A DNA stretch of 64,000 bases, taken from positions 211,501 to 275,500 of the forward strand of contig CAVDSZ010000001.1 in assembly GCA_963611795.1 (NCBI GenBank). Direction: 5' to 3'. The notes below the pieces were generated by a model. That model was not told the origin of the DNA and did no database searches. It saw nothing but the letters and a program-made list of their open reading frames with translations. Source of the DNA: Akkermansia muciniphila (GTDB lineage Bacteria > Bacillota > Clostridia > Oscillospirales > CAG-272). The position numbers and the translations under genes are program-made. Within the stretch, counting starts at the first letter, position 1. The number at the start of each line of letters is the position of its first letter. Positions 62,820 through 64,000 of this stretch are shown piece by piece.

Positions 62820-64000
62820 TTACAACGGCAGATCTTTCTTAATGAACTTCATCGACCCGGCAAGGTAGCCGACAAGCCCCGCGACGAGCAGAATGGCGAA
62901 CTTCCAGAGGAACGCATAGGTGCCGTCCATAATGGAAATGACGTCGAAGAGCGAGATAATCGTCGTGTAGTTGAAGCTGTTGAGGGCGTCGAGACGAACC
63001 ACCGAGGGAATCACCGGACTGCCGAAGAGACCGAGCATCGCGGCGACGAGGGCGAAGATGCTGAGCCCACCGCCGATCGCCATCGAGCGGCGACTGCGGT
63101 CGAAGTAGCAGGAGGTGAAGAAGCAGAGCCCCGAGAGCGCGAACAGCACAAGGAACGCACCGAGGTTGAGCAGAATCAGTTTGCCGTAGGTGAGTTGTAC
63201 TTCATCGGACACGATGGCGAGGCAGATACACCCGGTCACGGTCGTGAGGGAGAACATGGCGAAGAGTGAGCCAACGAGATACACGCCCTGCGTAAAGACG
63301 ACCGTCTTACGTTTGGTCGAGGTCGAGAGGACGTACGCCATGGAGCCGCTGTCCACCTGCCCGGCAATCAGGTTGTTGGACGCCATAATCATATAGATGA
63401 TTGGCAGGAGCAGACCCGCGAGTTTGTAGAAGATAGAGCCGACAATCAGCGTGTAGAGATCCGCTTTCCCGACTTCTTCCAGAGCGTCGGAGACGCCGTT
63501 CGGCAGGGAAGCGAGCAGACTGCTCGCAATATCTTTTTGCAGTTCCGCCGCTTTGTCCGAGACGGCTTTCGCATAGGCTTCTTCACTCTCGAAGCCGCCG
63601 GCGGCATAGCTTTCTTGCAGGAGCCCGAGTTCGTAGTCGTAACGGGCGCGGTAGGTCAGCGTCGCGTTGACAGCGAGCGTGCGGATACCGGCGTAGGTGT
63701 AGCCGAAGTCCAGATACTTTTCTTCCGTTACCCCGAAGGAAGAGAGCGCCGAGAGGATTTTATCCACGTTTTCCTGTTCGGTCATATTGCCGGCGAGGAA
63801 AAGGGGTGCGAGCGTCTCTGCACGGTCGGCACGGTAGTCGGTGCGTTCCTCCCCGTTTAAGTACGCGGCGGCATCGCCCGCACTGATGTGGGGGATGAGA
63901 GACAGGATGTCGTAGTCCTCGGGAATGTCCTCCCCCTTGCCGGTGTAGAAGTCGTTAAACATACCGTTTGGGTTCAGAATGTACATCACAGAGCCGAGCA
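62820..64000 (-). CDS. ABC-2 type transporter permease, N-terminus probably beyond window edge
   Basis: The C-terminal half has 5 TM helices after a large soluble loop, which is ABC-2 permease architecture. The reading frame stays open upstream of the track's Met at 63989 to base 64000. Confidence 0.45.
   Translation of the reverse strand, partial: LGSVMYILNPNGMFNDFYTGKGEDIPEDYDILSLIPHISAGDAAAYLNGEERTDYRADRAETLAPLFLAGNMTEQENVDKILSALSSFGVTEEKYLDFGYTYAGIRTLAVNATLTYRARYDYELGLLQESYAAGGFESEEAYAKAVSDKAAELQKDIASSLLASLPNGVSDALEEVGKADLYTLIVGSIFYKLAGLLLPIIYMIMASNNLIAGQVDSGSMAYVLSTSTKRKTVVFTQGVYLVGSLFAMFSLTTVTGCICLAIVSDEVQLTYGKLILLNLGAFLVLFALSGLCFFTSCYFDRSRRSMAIGGGLSIFALVAAMLGLFGSPVIPSVVRLDALNSFNYTTIISLFDVISIMDGTYAFLWKFAILLVAGLVGYLAGSMKFIKKDLPL

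Overview
This is a high-GC (roughly 60%) Firmicutes/Clostridia-type chromosomal window, and it is almost entirely core housekeeping DNA. Left to right: an edge-truncated hypothetical gene, a FliB-like Cys-rich protein, DUF1015, L-serine dehydratase and a TIGR01440 protein. Next come feoAB, an FAD oxidoreductase, a TetR-plsC pair and a GH36 alpha-galactosidase. A lipoprotein / MBL-lipoprotein / SleB-like hydrolase group follows, then a second FAD oxidoreductase. The centre holds rpoB-rpoC-rpsL-rpsG-fusA-tuf, an FMN riboswitch with a RibU-like ECF S-component, and a CinA-type protein. An inverted rpmH-rnpA-yidD-yidC-jag-mnmE block ends in an RNHCP zinc-ribbon gene. After it come mtaB-glyQS, tRNA-Trp, and secA with two coupled unknown membrane proteins. 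The right end holds an O-antigen-ligase-like gene, xpt with a BMP-type nucleoside ABC transporter, dapB-dapF-dapL, an MFS transporter, a TerB-like protein and an edge-truncated ABC-2 permease. I saw no transposase, integrase, CRISPR array, toxin-antitoxin pair or recognisable defence genes, so I cannot point to a convincing new multi-gene system. The signals most worth a second look are: (1) a patchwork of tRNA-Trp fragments and a 44-nt exact duplication between glyQS and secA; (2) a structured, terminator-bearing leader upstream of xpt that lacks the canonical guanine-riboswitch core; (3) two uncharacterised polytopic membrane proteins translationally coupled to secA; (4) an RNHCP gene where mnmG normally sits; (5) broken origin/ribosomal synteny. 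Two real genes are missing from the ORF track: rpmH, and the ORF running off the left edge. Many long ORFs in the track are antisense shadows typical of high-GC DNA. All family assignments come from motif recognition by eye, not from database searches.
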